Shown: one piece after another, positions 33,870-47,485 of the stretch
Numbering within the stretch: position 1 is the stretch's first letter
How the letters are laid out: every line of letters begins with the position of its first letter
Position numbers and translations under genes: made by a program
Source: Hypanus sabinus
Taxonomy: Eukaryota
Assembly (NCBI RefSeq): GCF_030144855.1
Contig: NC_082721.1
Coordinates: forward strand, 43,090,001-43,154,000
Length of the DNA: 64,000 nucleotides
Reading direction: 5' to 3'
The notes under the pieces: generated by a model
Database searches by the model: none
The model's input: only the letters and a program-made list of their open reading frames with translations
Told to the model about the DNA's origin: nothing

Positions 33870-34464
33870 TTATATTTAGTAGACCAGTTGATTCATACAA
33901 TATATCAGCTTTACGCCAAGGCAACCAGTGCAGTACCCGCTCAGGACACTGTCGGAGAGTGGTTCCATACCTCTGTCGGAGTCTGTCAGGGCTGCGTTCT
34001 CTCCCCCATTCTCTTCAACGTCTTCCTGGAACGGATTATGGGTGATGCCCTTGAAGATCATATGGGCACAGTCAGCATCGGAGGGAGGAACATTACAAAC
34101 CTAAGATTTGCTGACGACATTGATGGTCTTGCAGGAAAAGAGGACGAACTGGCCAACCTGGTCAGCCATCTTGACAGAGCCTCCACAAAGTTTGGAATGG
34201 AAATAGGTGCCGCAAAAACCAAGCTCATGGCAAATGCCAACGGTGCCATCACAACAGACGTCTCAGTCCATGGTCAGAAACTTGAGACAGTGCAGCAGTT
34301 CAAATACCAGTGGGTAATCATCAGTGACAAAGGATCAAGGCCAGAAGTCCTGGCAAGAACCGCACTATCCAAACTCAAGACAATATAGAGGGACAGCAAC
34401 ATCACCGTGAAGTGCAAGATCAGACTCCTGCGTGCATTGGCATTCTCCATCTTCCTGTATGCAA
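33870..34464 (+). mobile_element. RTE-clade LINE RT fragment
   Basis: GVCQGCVLSPILFNVFLERIM...NLRFADDIDGLAG...FGMEI..AKTKLM (33888-34388). Confidence 0.85.
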
Positions 34465-36100
34465 GCTTTCTGATGAAACTGAAAAGCTTGAGCATGCAGC
34501 TATTAAGAAAAAAGATGTGCTGGAGCTTTTGGAAAGCATTAAGTTGGATAAGTCAGCGGGACCGGACGAGATGTACCCCAGGCTACTGTGGGAGGCGAGG
34601 GAGGAGATTGCTGAGCCTCTGCCAATGATCTTTGCATTATCAATAGGGATGGGAGAAGTTCCGGAGGATTGGCGGATTGCAGATGTTGTTCCTTTATTCA
34701 AGAAAGGGAGCAGAGATAGCCCAGGAAATTATAGACCAGTGAGTCTTACTCCAGTGGTTGGTAAGTTGAAGGAAAAGTTCCTGATAGGCAGGATTTATGA
34801 ACATTTGGAGAGGCATAATTTGATAAGGAATATTCAGCAGGTCTTTGTGAAAGGCAGGTCGTGCCTTACAAGCCTGATTTAATTTTTTGAGGATGAGACT
34901 AAACACATTGATGAAGGTAGAGCAGTAGATATAGTGTATATGGATTTCAGCAAGGCATTTTACAAAGTACCCCATGCAAGGATAATGGAGAAAGTAAAGA
35001 GGCATGGAATCCAAAGGGATATTGCTTTGTGGATCCAGAAGGCTTGCCCACAGCAGGCAAAGAGTGGTTGTGGACGGGTCGTATTCTGCCTGGAGGTTGG
35101 TGACCAGTTATGTGCCTCAGGGATATGTTCTGGGACCACTACTGTTTGTAATTTTTATAAATGATCTGGATGAGGAAGTGGAGGGACGGGTTACTAAATT
35201 TGTTGATGACACAAAGGTTGGGGGTTTTGTGGATAGTGTGGTGGGCTGTCGGAAGTTACAGTGGGACACTGAAATGATGCAAAACTGGGCTGAGAATTGG
35301 CAGATGGAGTTCAACCAAGATAAGTGTGAGGTGGTTCAAATATGATGGCAGGATATAGTATTGATTGTAAGACTATTGGCAGTGTGGAAGATCAGAGGAA
35401 TCTTGGGGTCCGAGTCCATAGGTCACTCAAAGCTGCTGCACGGGTTGACACTGTGTTTAAGAAAGCACTCGGTGCATTGGCCTTCATCAATCGTGGGATT
35501 GAGTTTAGGAGCTGAGAGGTAATGTTGCTGAGAGGACCCTGATCAGACCCCACTTGGAGTACTGTGCTCATTTCTGGTTGCCTCATTACAGGAAGGATGT
35601 GGAAACCATAGAAAGGGTGCAGGGGAGATTTACAAGGATGTTGTCTGGATTGGGGAGCATGCCTTATGAGAATAGGTTGAGTAAACTCAGCCTTTTTTCC
35701 TTGGAGCAAAGGAGGATGAGAGGTGACTTGATAGAGGTGTACAAAATGACGAGAGGCATTGAGAGTGAGGATAGTTAGAGGCTTTTTCCCAGGACTGAAA
35801 TGCCTAGCACAAGAGGGCACAGTTTTAAGGTGCTTGGAAGTAGGTACAGAGGAGATGTTAGGGGTAAGTTTTTTACACAGAGAGTGGTGAGTGCATGGAA
35901 TGGGCTGCCGGCGACAATGATGGAGGCGGATATGATAGGGTCTTTTAAGAGATGCCTTGACAAGTACATAGAGCTCCATAAAATAGAGGGCTATGGGTAA
36001 CCCTAGGTAATTTCTAAGGTAAGGGCATGTTCGGCACTGCTTTGAGGGCCAAAGGGCCTGCAGTGTACTGTAGGTATTTCAGTGTTTCTGTGGCTCTATG
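34465..36100 (+). mobile_element. CR1 LINE ORF2 and 3' end, decayed
   Basis: GPDEMYPRLLWE...PGNYRPVSLT, VPQGYVLGPLLFVIFINDLD..KFVDDTK and RMRGDLIEVYK motifs. Confidence 0.88.
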
Positions 36101-36243
36101 AATGAATTCACAACATTTTGCTGTAAAGGCTGTTTTAGTGTGTGTCTTTGGAAGGATTGTTCATTTTTCTTACAGTCACGTTGTGTAAACTTTCAGAAAT
36201 GAAAACCACTTCTACACATGTATGTCAGCACTTTACAGGAGTA

Positions 36244-36549
36244 ATGGTTTGTGAGCTTTTTACAACATTTCATTACTCATTGATAAATCTGGAAAGCCCC
36301 ATACAATTGGAGAAGAATTGATTTAGTCAGCTGTAAGAGAAGTTCTAAGTACAGTTTTGCATAAATCACCAGACCAAATAATTAAAGCATTGTCTGTCAG
36401 TAACAATTCTGTTAAAAGATGAATAGATGAAATATCTGCGAATGTGGAAGATACAGTGGGCAACAGAATTTGTTCTCCTTTCTTGAAGGTCTACTGCGTA
36501 GAGCCTTTGTTGAAATGCATACCCCATTCCTCTAGTTTGGAAATGACCT
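36244..36549 (+). repeat. 306-bp direct duplication, copy 1; includes a Buster/SCAND3-like hAT transposase fragment
   Basis: Translates with stops as YNISLLIDKSGKPHTIGEELI*SAVREVLSTVLHKSPDQIIKA...NVED; near-identical copy at 39793-40098. Confidence 0.85.
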
Positions 36550-38999
36550 TTGTTTCATCTGGGAATCCAAGATGGAGCGAATAAGACTGATCACAACGCA
36601 CTAGTTTTGGAACAACCGAGGCAAAAACATATGTAATGTCACCCTCACCCTGATGAGCAAGTTCGTGTATGATTGTTTTAGACTCTTTGTGATAGATTCT
36701 AAGTAAGTGGGCACCAAGTACCATTATCAAAGTTTCCGGTGTCTCTGGTGTTGAGATGGACAAGTATGGCCCCTTTGTTGCACAATGTCTCAGTCAGCTG
36801 GTTGCTTGGTGCAGACGCTTGTAAGGGCTTGGTGGAGAAGGACCACAGTGGAGTATTCTTCTGCAAAGGGCAAGGGAGAGGCCACATTGGTGAGGAACGT
36901 CCAGAATTGTTGCACTATGTATACCACCTTAGAGGGCCACATAAGTGGAAACAGTGTTATTGGTTTTAAGGAATTTAACTGAGCACTACTTACCACCTTT
37001 TTTAACAATGACAAGGCGTTGCATGGTTTATACTTCCAAATATTTTTAGGAATATAGATGCTCCCTGGCCTGCTGTGTTCCTCCAGCACTTTGTGTGTGT
37101 TATTGTCGCGATAAGTGCTGACAATTTTGGAACCCAAGTGCGGAGGAAACACAGAGTCCAATGAAGAGTTGACTATCAGAGTTAGTCATAAGAATTCCAA
37201 CAGAACATCAGTGGCTTGGCTGAGTGATACTGCGTGATGTAGCATTCTCAAAACAAGGACCCCACAATTAGCACTAAATATTACAAGTAAGCTAGAGTCT
37301 CTGAGGCTTCGCAAGTTTAAACATAAAACACCCAGAGACTGTATTACAGAGAGTAAGGTGCTTCAAAAGAAAAATTCAAGTAATTCTTAAATGATTAGCA
37401 ACAAATCATCAATTAAGCTGCTCTTAGAAACCTCAGAGCCTTGTCAGAGAAACCTGGAGAGCTCATTACAAAGTCGTATAATAAGGCTGGTGTTTCAAGT
37501 GTAGATTTTTCTTAATCGAGATAGTCTGATAAAAAAGGAACTGGCAGGGAATCTCAGAGCAATTGGAATGAACACCAGAGATACTGTGGGAATTCAGGAA
37601 GCTTCCTGCTTTCTGGACAATGATGGGTACAGGAAGTGTTTTCAACTGGAAGAATGTATCCTCTGGGATTTGGAGCTTGACCAACAGCAATCCATCCACA
37701 AGGCTGAATGTTTCTTGTGCAGCAGCTTTCAGGAGCTGGTCATCCTGTAGGTAATGTGAGTGCATAAAGTAGGGAGACTGGCAGATCACCAGGGCAGACT
37801 GAAGTGCAGGCAGGTGGGTCAGCAGATCCTTGAGGACTTCCTGCTCTCTAACAGTATGATATTCAGAGTACTGATTGATGATAGTCTTCCTCTAAGGACA
37901 GAATCATGACCAGACAAGTGGGTTCATTGTGCAGGCAGAGGAACAAAAAGAGGAATAGTTCTTAATTTGAAGAGCAGAGTATCCAACTATATCTCAAAGG
38001 AATAGGCCACCTAGCCCATGTGCCAATAATGATTTCAAGTGAAACTGAACCAATCTGCTTCCACCATGTCTATATCCCTGCTATATTCCTTTGGCTGCTG
38101 CAGTTTCCTTCCACATGTCAAAGGGGTGCAGGCTGGTAGATTAACTAGCTGCTATAAATTGCCCCAGGAGTGTCGGTGAGTGGTAGAATATAACATAAAT
38201 TGAAGAGAATGTGAAGGGAAGGAAAGGTAATTGAACTGAGTGCAAATACAGACTTGATGGGACGAGGGGTCTGTTTCCATACTGTATGAATGCTGCATAT
38301 TATATGGTGAATGTAAAGCAAGATACTGCAAATGCAGTCAGAATTTAAGCAGGTAGTAGGAGCATTAGTAAGGAGGACAGGAATGGTGGTAATCTCTGGA
38401 TTCATTCCCTTTCACTCTGTGGGTGTAGTAAGATGCAGATAAATGTTAGCCTGAGGAAATAGTGCAGGAAGGTGGCTGTAGATGCATGGGTGATTGGGAT
38501 CAGTTCATGGGTGAGTTTGTGTGTGTGTTGGTTAGGGGGGTATGGTTGCAATCAGCTCAGGGCAGACTGTGGGACCAGAGCTGTGACCAGCGTCCTCACA
38601 GGAAGTTTCTCTGGAGTAGGAGGGAATGAGATCATGGGAAAGTAGCAGTGTAATGGAGTGTAAAAGGTGTAAATAGGTGTAAAAGCAGTGAAAAAGTTAT
38701 AAAAAGTAATGAGAAATAAATAGTTCCAGAGCAGAAATACAATTTTTTTTCATAAAGGCCAAATAATTATAAAATGCAAGAAGCTCCACACAATATTCAT
38801 AGTGCATTCTATTTCAAGTTGGTTATTAAAGAAGACTGATGAACTGTGTTGGTTGACAATGATGTGATGACTTACATCCAGTCAGCTTTTGTGGGATCTG
38901 AAGTGGCTAATGAGGCTAATATAAGAACTACAGACACTTCTGGGGAAGAGGAAGGAGGCGGTCGACAGGTGAGGAATGGATAACATGTGAGAATTTCTG

Positions 39000-39770
39000 C
39001 TCTCTCCACTACTGATACAGGAACTCAACATGCTCCTGGTCCAGGGTCTCAAGGTTCTTCCTTCTCAAAATCAAATGCTCCTTTTTTACTTGATTGGTTA
39101 GAGGCCGTAGAGTCCAGGAGTCAGTGAGAATATTGCAATTCTTCAAAAGGGCTTTGAGCACAGATTTGAATCTTATTCTCTCTCCATCTAGTAAACATTT
39201 CCCATGGCAGAGCTTGGAATATATGATATGTTTGAACAGCATGGACTCAGTTATCTGAACAATCTATCTTGTCCAACATAGAAAACTGCACATATCTATG
39301 GACTTAGAACTGCTTGTGTTGGTCTGGGGCCCCTGAAAATTGATCATGCAATTCACTTGATCATGCAATGAATTTTGTTGAGCTTCTGTTGGTGGTACTT
39401 TACAGTCCTTGAGATGCCTTCTGTAAGTAAAGTAGAGCTCAGGTGTATCTCAAAAGACAGGGATCTGTGTTGTCTGGTGAACTGTGAGTTAAATGACAAC
39501 TGAGAGTAAGGTTCATTCTGTTATATTCATCAAGAAAAGGGTGAACAATGCTTTGGAGCACAACCTCATGTAGGTATACATTCTTGAATCACTGGTACAA
39601 AGTAGATTGGCTACTGAGGTTCGGGAATCTTTGCTCCTAGTGCTGGTTGAAGAGTTTCCTGCTAGTTCTGGGGATCATCTGCACTCCCTCTGGAAGGTTG
39701 TTGGAGGTGATGTGCAACAAAGGAGCAAGACAGTTTGAGAAAAGTTTTCCAGAAAGTCTGAAAGTTCATT
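39000..39770 (-). mobile_element. RTE-clade LINE 3' fragment
   Basis: KHIIYSKLCHGKCLLDGERIRFKSVLKALLKNCNI..DSW resembles the RTE C-terminus. Confidence 0.65.
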
Positions 39771-39792
39771 TGACACCGGTCTTTATGGAATG

Positions 39793-40098
39793 ATGGTTTG
39801 TGAGCTTTTTACAACATTTCATTACTCATTGATAAATCTGGAAAGCTCCATACAATTGGAGAAAAATTGATTTAGCCAGCTGTAAGAGTGGTTCTGAGTA
39901 CAGTTTTGCATAAATCACCAGAGCAAATAATTAAAGCAATGCCTGTCAGTGACAACTCTGTTAAAAGATGAATAGATAAAATATCTGAGAATGTGGAAGA
40001 CACAGTGGGCAACAGGATTTTTTCTCCTTTCGTGTTTGTCTACTGCATAGAGCCTTTGTTGAAATGCATACCCCATTGCTCTAGTTTGGAAATGACCT
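39793..40098 (+). repeat. 306-bp direct duplication, copy 2
   Basis: Colinear with 36244-36549 and shares the same transposase / non-transposase junction. Confidence 0.85.
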
Positions 40099-41871
40099 GG
40101 TCTTTGCAATGAATAATACTGTTGCTGAACTTTAGTAGTGCAAATGTAAGGTAGAATTGAATTCCGTTGTGAAACAAATTTGGGAAGGGTGTTCTAAAGA
40201 CTGATGGAGTCAAAGGAGTTTTTGCACAGTGAAGATAATGTCCCTTGTGCCTGTGGATGAATCAATTTCACACTGTGATTCAGGCAGGAGACCCCTCTGT
40301 ATTTACCACAGTTGGACCTACTTCTGTGACAGTCTGTGAACATTTTCAAGTGTTGATTGATGAGAACCTTTTAGTGCTGATTCAAGGGAGTACAGAATCT
40401 GTTTGCTTATCAAAACTTATGTGGGATCTTGATCTGATGGATAAGTGGGCCAAGGAATGGCAAATGGTGTTATATCCAGATAAGTACAAGACATTCATTG
40501 TTTGCTATAAGCCATGTTATATTAAGTGGGTGATCATGGTCTTTCCATGACCATGATTGTTCTTGGCAAATTTGCTACTAAACTGGGTTGCCTTTGCCTT
40601 CTTCTAGGCAGTGTCTTCTCAAGACAGGTGAATCCAGCCATTATCAATATGCTTCAGAGATTATCTGCTGGGCATCAGTGGTGTTGTGATATGCACCAGC
40701 TGCTTATATGACCATCCATCACCTGATCTAATAGGTTCTCATTACACTCAACATGGGTAGTGGGGGTCAGGTGGTGGGTGGGGCGAAGCAGGTATTACAC
40801 CATGCTCAAGGTTGACCTGCAGGCAAGCAGAGGAAAGGAGCACTTTGCACCTCCTTTGGAAAAGAGTAATCAGGGCATAGTCGGCATGGCTCTATTTGTG
40901 GGAAAGTGTGTCTCAATAACTGATTGAAGTGTGAGGTGAAGCAAGAGTTTGGATCAACTGGGTTTTATTTCCTGTGAACTTTCAGAGGCCAAGGTATGAG
41001 TTGATAGAAGTGTCTGAAATTATGAGAAAGAGAGAGAGTAGACAATAAAGATATTTTCCTAGTGGAGGAAGAGACTTAAACGGGTGAGGTAGGACATATA
41101 AAGGAATACTGAGAGGAAAATTTCCACAAAAAGAATGGTGGAATCTGAAAGGTGATTCTTGAGGAGATGGTAGAGGCACATTGTCTCGACAGACACTTGA
41201 ATTGCAGAGAAGAAATCAAACAAAATGCAGACAAGTGGGACTAATACCTATAACTACGATATTTGGCATGGTGGTGATGGGCTGAAGGGCCAGTTCCTGT
41301 TCTGTGTAACTCTATGGCTCATCATAGCCTTTAGTTCAAACATTGACCAAAGAGCTGAATTCCAGAGGTGAGGTGCAATTGACTGCCCTTGTTATCAAGG
41401 CAAAATTTGACAAACTGTGATATCAAGGAGTAACTCTGAAGTCAATGGATATCATGAAGAAAACACACTAATAACTGGAATCGTAATGCACCCAAAGGCA
41501 ATTTGAGTTTGTTATTTAACAATCTGTCCATTCCCAGGATGTTACTACAGGGGTTTCTCACGGAGTACACTTAACACAACCATGTTTAGATGCTTCATCT
41601 TGATGACCTTCTTTCCATTGTTAGAGCAGAAGCAGGAATGAGGATTGTTGATTGCAACTCATTAGCTAATCCATCAGTTCATTACTACATGCAGCAAGTC
41701 CTGGACAACATTCAGGAATGGAATTATATGGGCCAAGTAATGTTCACATGACAAATATGCCAGACTAGGATCATGTCCAAGAAGAGCGTGGAAAGCAATC
41801 TACCCATGGCATTGAATCCCATTAGCATCACAATACTTTTCCACCATTTTTAAAGTCGAAGACAAGGACAT

Positions 41872-42001
41872 ACAAGAGAAAATCTACAGATGCTGGAAAT
41901 TTGAGCAACACACGCAAAATGCTGGAGGAACTCAGCAGGAAAGGCAGCATCTATGGAAAGATGTACAATTGATGTTTTGGGCAAAACCCTTCAGCGGGAC
42001 T
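41872..42001 (-). mobile_element. Penelope terminal-repeat fragment
   Basis: AATCTACAGATGCTGGAAAT...GCTGGAGGAACTCAGCAGG...; strongly degenerate hammerhead. Confidence 0.7.
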
Positions 42002-42989
42002 CATACAGGTCTTCCCGTAAAAATGTAGTGTTTCAGAAACATCAGCAGGACTTTCAAAGACCTCATCCTTGGGAAAAGAGTGAACTTTATGTAAGGGCTT
42101 CACCTGGAGTCAACTTGTAAGACTGACCCAGGACAGAGGACTCTAGTCTATGGCCTATGCAACAGAATTGTGACAAATTTAAACAAACTAACATCAACTT
42201 CATTCTATACTCCATTGGTAGAATGTTCTGCTGTTACTTCCCCTGGTTACTCGAACACCACCTTCCAAACATTTGAGTGGTATTACCAAGTACACAAGGG
42301 CAGAATAAGTAGGAAATGCCACCTGTAAGTTCGCTTCCAAGTCACAAGCTATCCTTTCTTGGAAATACCTGGAGAGCAAATAAAAATATTTTGTCTTGGT
42401 TCAGAGAAAATTTCTGCAAATGTACTGTGTTTGGGAGTATTCTGAATGTTTAACCTTTGCGAGAATGTTACAGAATGCTTTCATTTCAAAATAATTTTTT
42501 GTGATGTGTGGCCACATGTGAGTTCACTTAAGTTAGATCTATCTCGACACAGATGTTAGTGGAGGGAGATTCAACTGTAATATTTAGAAAGGAACCAGAT
42601 ACATACCTGAAACTGCAGGGCTGTGGGTAGAGGGCTGGGGCATGTAATGTTTTTCATATTGAGATGGTCTGAGGTGAACAGGCCAAATGGCTTCACTTTC
42701 TCAGGTAACCATTCTGTTTCACTATTATCTAGTCTCTTATGATATGATGACCTCTGAGTCTGAGACAGTGAATTTAATGCTGGCACCTCCCAAGTAAAAC
42801 CTTCTTGTTTTTGTGCAGTTAATAAGCTTTATAATTGTCTGATATTTCTCAGTTTCTTGTTTCTGTACTGTTTGGTCACTGATATTAAATGGCTGCATCC
42901 AACTCCACTATAGTCCAACTCCCATTGTAACTCTGGTTAGATTTGGAGATAATATTGTCTGGAAGATTCTTCGGAAGTCAAAAGAATTT

Positions 42990-44560
42990 GCCAGATTTAT
43001 GGTTACAACTCTTTTATCAGATGTTCAGTATGCAAGAGCCACAAAAAAGTCAGAAGATAAAGAACACAATAGTAAACAAAAACACAATAAATATAAATAC
43101 ATAACATTGCTTCAATACATAGATTGATCGTGTGTTCATAAACTGACACTGGGCACAGGAGTGTCTGCACATAAGGTGACTCTGACAGGAAACGATAAAG
43201 TAGTGGTGGTGGAGGTGTGGGTTGGTGGGTAGAGCTGTTGGTCATCCGTACTTTTTGGGGATATAACTGTTTTTGGGTCTGGTGGTCCTGGCGTGGATGC
43301 TGCACAGCTTCCTCTCTGATGCGAGTGGGACAAGCAGTCAATGAGCAGGATTGGTGGGATCCTTCATGATGTTTCTGGCTCTTTACCAGCACCTTTCTGC
43401 AAGTATGTCCTTGATGGTGCATAGGCAGGTACCAATGACTTGTTGGGCGTACCCTTTGTATTGAACTTCCTGACCACTACAGTGCAGTTTCCTTACCATA
43501 CAGTTAATGTAAGGATACTTTCTACTGTGCATCTGCAAAAGGACATGAGTAAAGATGTGGACAGTCCAGCTTCCTTCAGCCTCCTCAGAAAGTAGAGATG
43601 CTGGTGAGCTTTCCTGCTTGTGTAATTTAGATTCGGGACCAATGTGAGGTTGTGCATAATATGCCCTCCCAGGAGTTTGAAACTGGTCAAAGATTTCATT
43701 GCTGTGCAGTCAATGTTTTGTGAGTGGTGTGAGTTAGTTCTCCTGAAGTCAATAACAATTCCCTATGCCGTGTTAACATTGGGGAGGAAGTTATTTGCCT
43801 GGCACAGGCTTCGAAGTTTTACACCTTCTCTCTGCAGTCTGCCTCATTGTCGGTGATGAGCCTCACCACTGTGTGTCATCGGTGAATATGACAATGTGAT
43901 TACTTGGGTGTTTGGCTGTACATTGATGTGTGAGCAGAGTGAACAGCATTGGACTCAGCACCCAGCCCTGAGGGGTGCGGGGCACCTGTGCTGAGGATGA
44001 TGGAGAGCGAGGAGCAATTGTGTATCCTGACCATCTGAGGTTTGTTTGTTGGGAAGTCCAATGCCCCGTTGCACAGTGTCGCATTTAGACTGAGGAGTAG
44101 GAGTTTGTTCACTAAGGCCTGTGGGACAATAGTGTTGAATGATGAACAGAAATCCAGAAACAGCATTCTGTCACAAGTGTTCTTGTTTTCTTGGTGTACG
44201 AGGGCCAGGAGCATGACAGATGTTACTGTGTCTGTCGTGGAGTGGTTCTGCCACTAAGCAGATTTGTGAGTGTCCAGTGTGGCAGCAGTGGATCTTTTGA
44301 TGTGTGCCATTACCAACTGTTCAAAGTGCTTCATGGTAATTGGTGTCATTGCCACTGGGCAGTAATTGTTTAGTCTGAAGGTGTGGAGTATTTTGGTCCA
44401 GGAACAATGGTGGCTGATCTGAAGCATGTGTGGACAGCAGCCTAGATGAGTGAAGAGTTGAAGATGTCTGTGAGGCATCAGTTATCAGGTGTGTCCATTT
44501 CCTGAGTACTCAGCCTGGCATGTTGTCTGTCCCGGCTGCCTTCCGTAGCTTGACTTTTTG
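42990..44560 (-). mobile_element. Rex1/Babar-clade LINE
   Basis: LFLDFCSSFNTIVPQALVNKL, PQGWVLSPMLFTLLTH..FTDDT and KAHQHLYFLRRLKEAGL motifs. Confidence 0.85.
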
Positions 44561-44727
44561 CAGAGTCCTTGTGATTATACAAACATAAAAGCAAGTGTAA
44601 GGAAACTAGAAAAAGGAAATGAAACCCCGCTGGTTTTCTTTGCTGCCTAAGTCCACACTTCAGTCTTGCTAAACCCATGAGTTTGAGACAGTTCTCCCAT
44701 CCCAATCCCCAGTTTGTGTGGATGATG

Positions 44728-46557
44728 TGTAACTTGCAACCCTGTTACAATTCAGTGCCAAGAAACAACAGACAGCACACTGCATACGATTAAAGAAATT
44801 ATATTTATTAATCTGAACTAAAGGGTTAATAAAAAAAGAAAGAAAAAAAGGGCACATTATAATTAAACAGTCAAATGTGCACCAGTTGGAGCTCAATTCA
44901 CCGATGCTCAGTTGATCTCGCCGCCCAGCTCCATCGAATCACGATCTTCCCATCGCGTCGTATCCTACAACAGGTTCTCTCTAGCATCTTCCTCTTCACC
45001 TCATGCCATACAAAAGACCCAGCTCGCATTCCAAAGCATCCGCTATCTCTATCCTTCTACAGAAAGACCATTATGTTAACAGTGAAACCTTTCCCAGGGT
45101 GTTACACTCTCTCCCCACCAAAATAAGCCATGTCCTCATGACGTTAAGGTAATTTGTCACCCCTTCATACAAAGCACAAAGTCCAACCCAGGGGTCAATG
45201 GCAGGCTGACTCATAGGTCACCAAGGTTCCACCCTGGGTGTGACATAGGCCAGTCTGTCTGGGGTTCTCCTGACTCTTTGAACCTCCTTACCTCATCATT
45301 CTCTTCAGCTTCAGACATTCTTTGAGCTCTTTCATGTCTACCTGGGGAAGCTTCTGCCTGTCCATTACTTGTGCCTCCTGACAACTCAGAGCCCCTCATC
45401 AATTAGCTGAGCTTATCCTCAACCCAGTTACTTTAGAGTCCAGACCCCCATTATTTTCCAACCGTAAATCTGCCTGTCCAGTGCTAGTTCCCCCTATTTC
45501 TCTTGCCTCAACGTGAGAAGGGTTGGGAATCTCTTCATCAATTATTGGGGTGTTTGTGAAGAGCAGCTTATACCACACCCCCATTTCCTCATCCTCCGAG
45601 TTTGTATCATATTCAGGGGTGGGGTCTGGTCTAATCCTTCATGCTGCTGGGCCTTCAGTTCACTAACATTGCTGCAGAGTTCTCTTACTAAGTGTAGAGT
45701 CCATTCAGGGTCTGGGTCAACACATACCTCTTGTCCCAGAGGTAGAAGGTGGTTCCAATGGAGAATCTGGACAGGACCATTCCCATCCTCTGGTTTCACC
45801 TAGGAGACTGAGATGTTCGACCTTGGACTCTCCATTACATAGGGTGTAGCAGTTAGCTAACTTATGCTTCCCAGGTAACCCCAAATTCTTTATGAGGACT
45901 CTGTCTCCAGGCATTGGCTGGAAGAACCTAACCTTTTGATCATACTTTCACTTATTTCCTTGATTCTGCTTGGTAGCTAAGACCTCAGCAAGTTCAAAAG
46001 CCTTTTTCTGCTCCCTTCTCATATCAGACATATATTTCAGGTAGGTCTTCTGTTGTTGATCTTCCCCACCAGTTCAAAAACAGAGGTGAAAGGGCAACCT
46101 CACTTCACTCCCAAACATCAGATAATACAGTGAGTACCTGGTAGCTTCAATCTGTGTACAATTGTAGCAGTGGACCAGATGTCCAATATCTTGACTTCAC
46201 CTGTTCTCTTTTACTGACCTCCAATGTTCCAAGCATGTCTAGTGAGGTCCAATTGAACCTCTCGGGCTGGGGATCACTTAGCAGGTGATAAGACATAGTC
46301 CTCGACTTTTTGACTCCAAACACGCGCCGTAACTCATGTATGAGCTGACTCTCTTGCTGCCTGGCTCCTTTGAATCATGATCTCCCCATTGGGTCGTATC
46401 TATGACTGGTTCTCTCCAGCACCTTCTCTCTTCATCTTTCACCAAACAAAGACCCTGCTGACATTCCAAAGCATCCGTTATCTCCAACCATAACCTAAAC
46501 ACTGCTTCTATAGAAAGACCATTACGTTAGCAGTGAAACCTTTCTCAGGGTGTTACA
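44728..46557 (-). mobile_element. Gypsy remnant: LTR 44728-45106, PPT, integrase C-terminus, partial second LTR ending at 46557
   Basis: TGTAAC...GTTACA termini, PPT (CTCTCTCCCC on +) at 45107, PGDRVLIKNLGLPGKHKLA motif. The second LTR-like copy is diverged and there is no shared TSD. Confidence 0.75.
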
Positions 46558-46719
46558 AAAATAAAAGCAACAACTTAACTCTAATCGGCACATCACAATC
46601 AGGATCAGAATCAAAATCAGATTTATCATCACTGACAGATCCAATACCCATACCCTGTGACTCTCTGATTTGTAACAAAATTCGTTTTAAATTTGCAATA
46701 ACATTCAAGACTGGAGGTT

Positions 46720-47485
46720 ATTAGCAGTTCTTCAGAGATAAACTGTGCAAAACATAGATGGTGATGAAAGAAAAGATCATAATGAGGTGGTGTACAGGAG
46801 CAAGGTAGATAAGCTGACTGAGAAGTATTACAACAACAACTTTGCACTCAGTGTCAGTAGGACCAAGGAGTTGATTATGGACTTTAGGATGGGGAAATCA
46901 AGGGAACACACACCAGTCCTCATTGAGGGATCAACATCAGAAAGGGTGAGCAGTTTCATTCGAAAGACAATGAGTCAAACAGATCAAACACAAGGAAATC
47001 TGCAGATGCTGGAAATTCAAACAACACACACAAAATGCTGGTGGAACACAGCAGGCCAGGCAACACCTAAGAAACATATAGATGCTGACTGGCCTGCTGT
47101 GTTCCACCAGCATTTTGTGTGTGTTGTTGAGTCAAGCAGATAGCATCTACCATTAAGGACCCATCAACCAGGACATACCCTCTTCTCATTGCTACTTTCA
47201 AGGAGGAGGTGCAGGAGCCCAAACACACTCTATATTTTAGGGACTGCTTCTTCCTTTCTGTCAGCAGGTTTATGAATGAACAATGAATCCATGATCACTA
47301 ATGCAGTATATTTTCCCTCTCTTCTTGCACTACTTATTTAATTTAATCTTTTAAATATATACATGCCTAGTTGTAATTTATAGTTTATTATGGATTATTA
47401 TTATTATAGATTGTAACATGGTGCTGCTGGAAAACACCAAATTTCACGACAAATGCCAGTGATAGTAAACATGACTCTGATTCTG
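46720..47485 (+). mobile_element. Rex1/Babar-clade LINE 3' fragment
   Basis: YRSKVDKL....NNFALSVSRTKELIMDFR motif; TGATTC-type tail. Confidence 0.7.
46986..47126. mobile_element. Second fold-back Penelope terminal-repeat element, hammerheads deleted
   Basis: About 38-bp inverted arms; 14-bp TSD TGAGTCAA(A/G)CAGAT at 46971-46984 and 47128-47141. Confidence 0.8.

Noticed and set aside
44728-46557. Intact two-LTR mini-retrotransposon
   Set aside because: The two LTRs are diverged, the second is partial, and no TSD is shared; more likely a decayed or recombined remnant.
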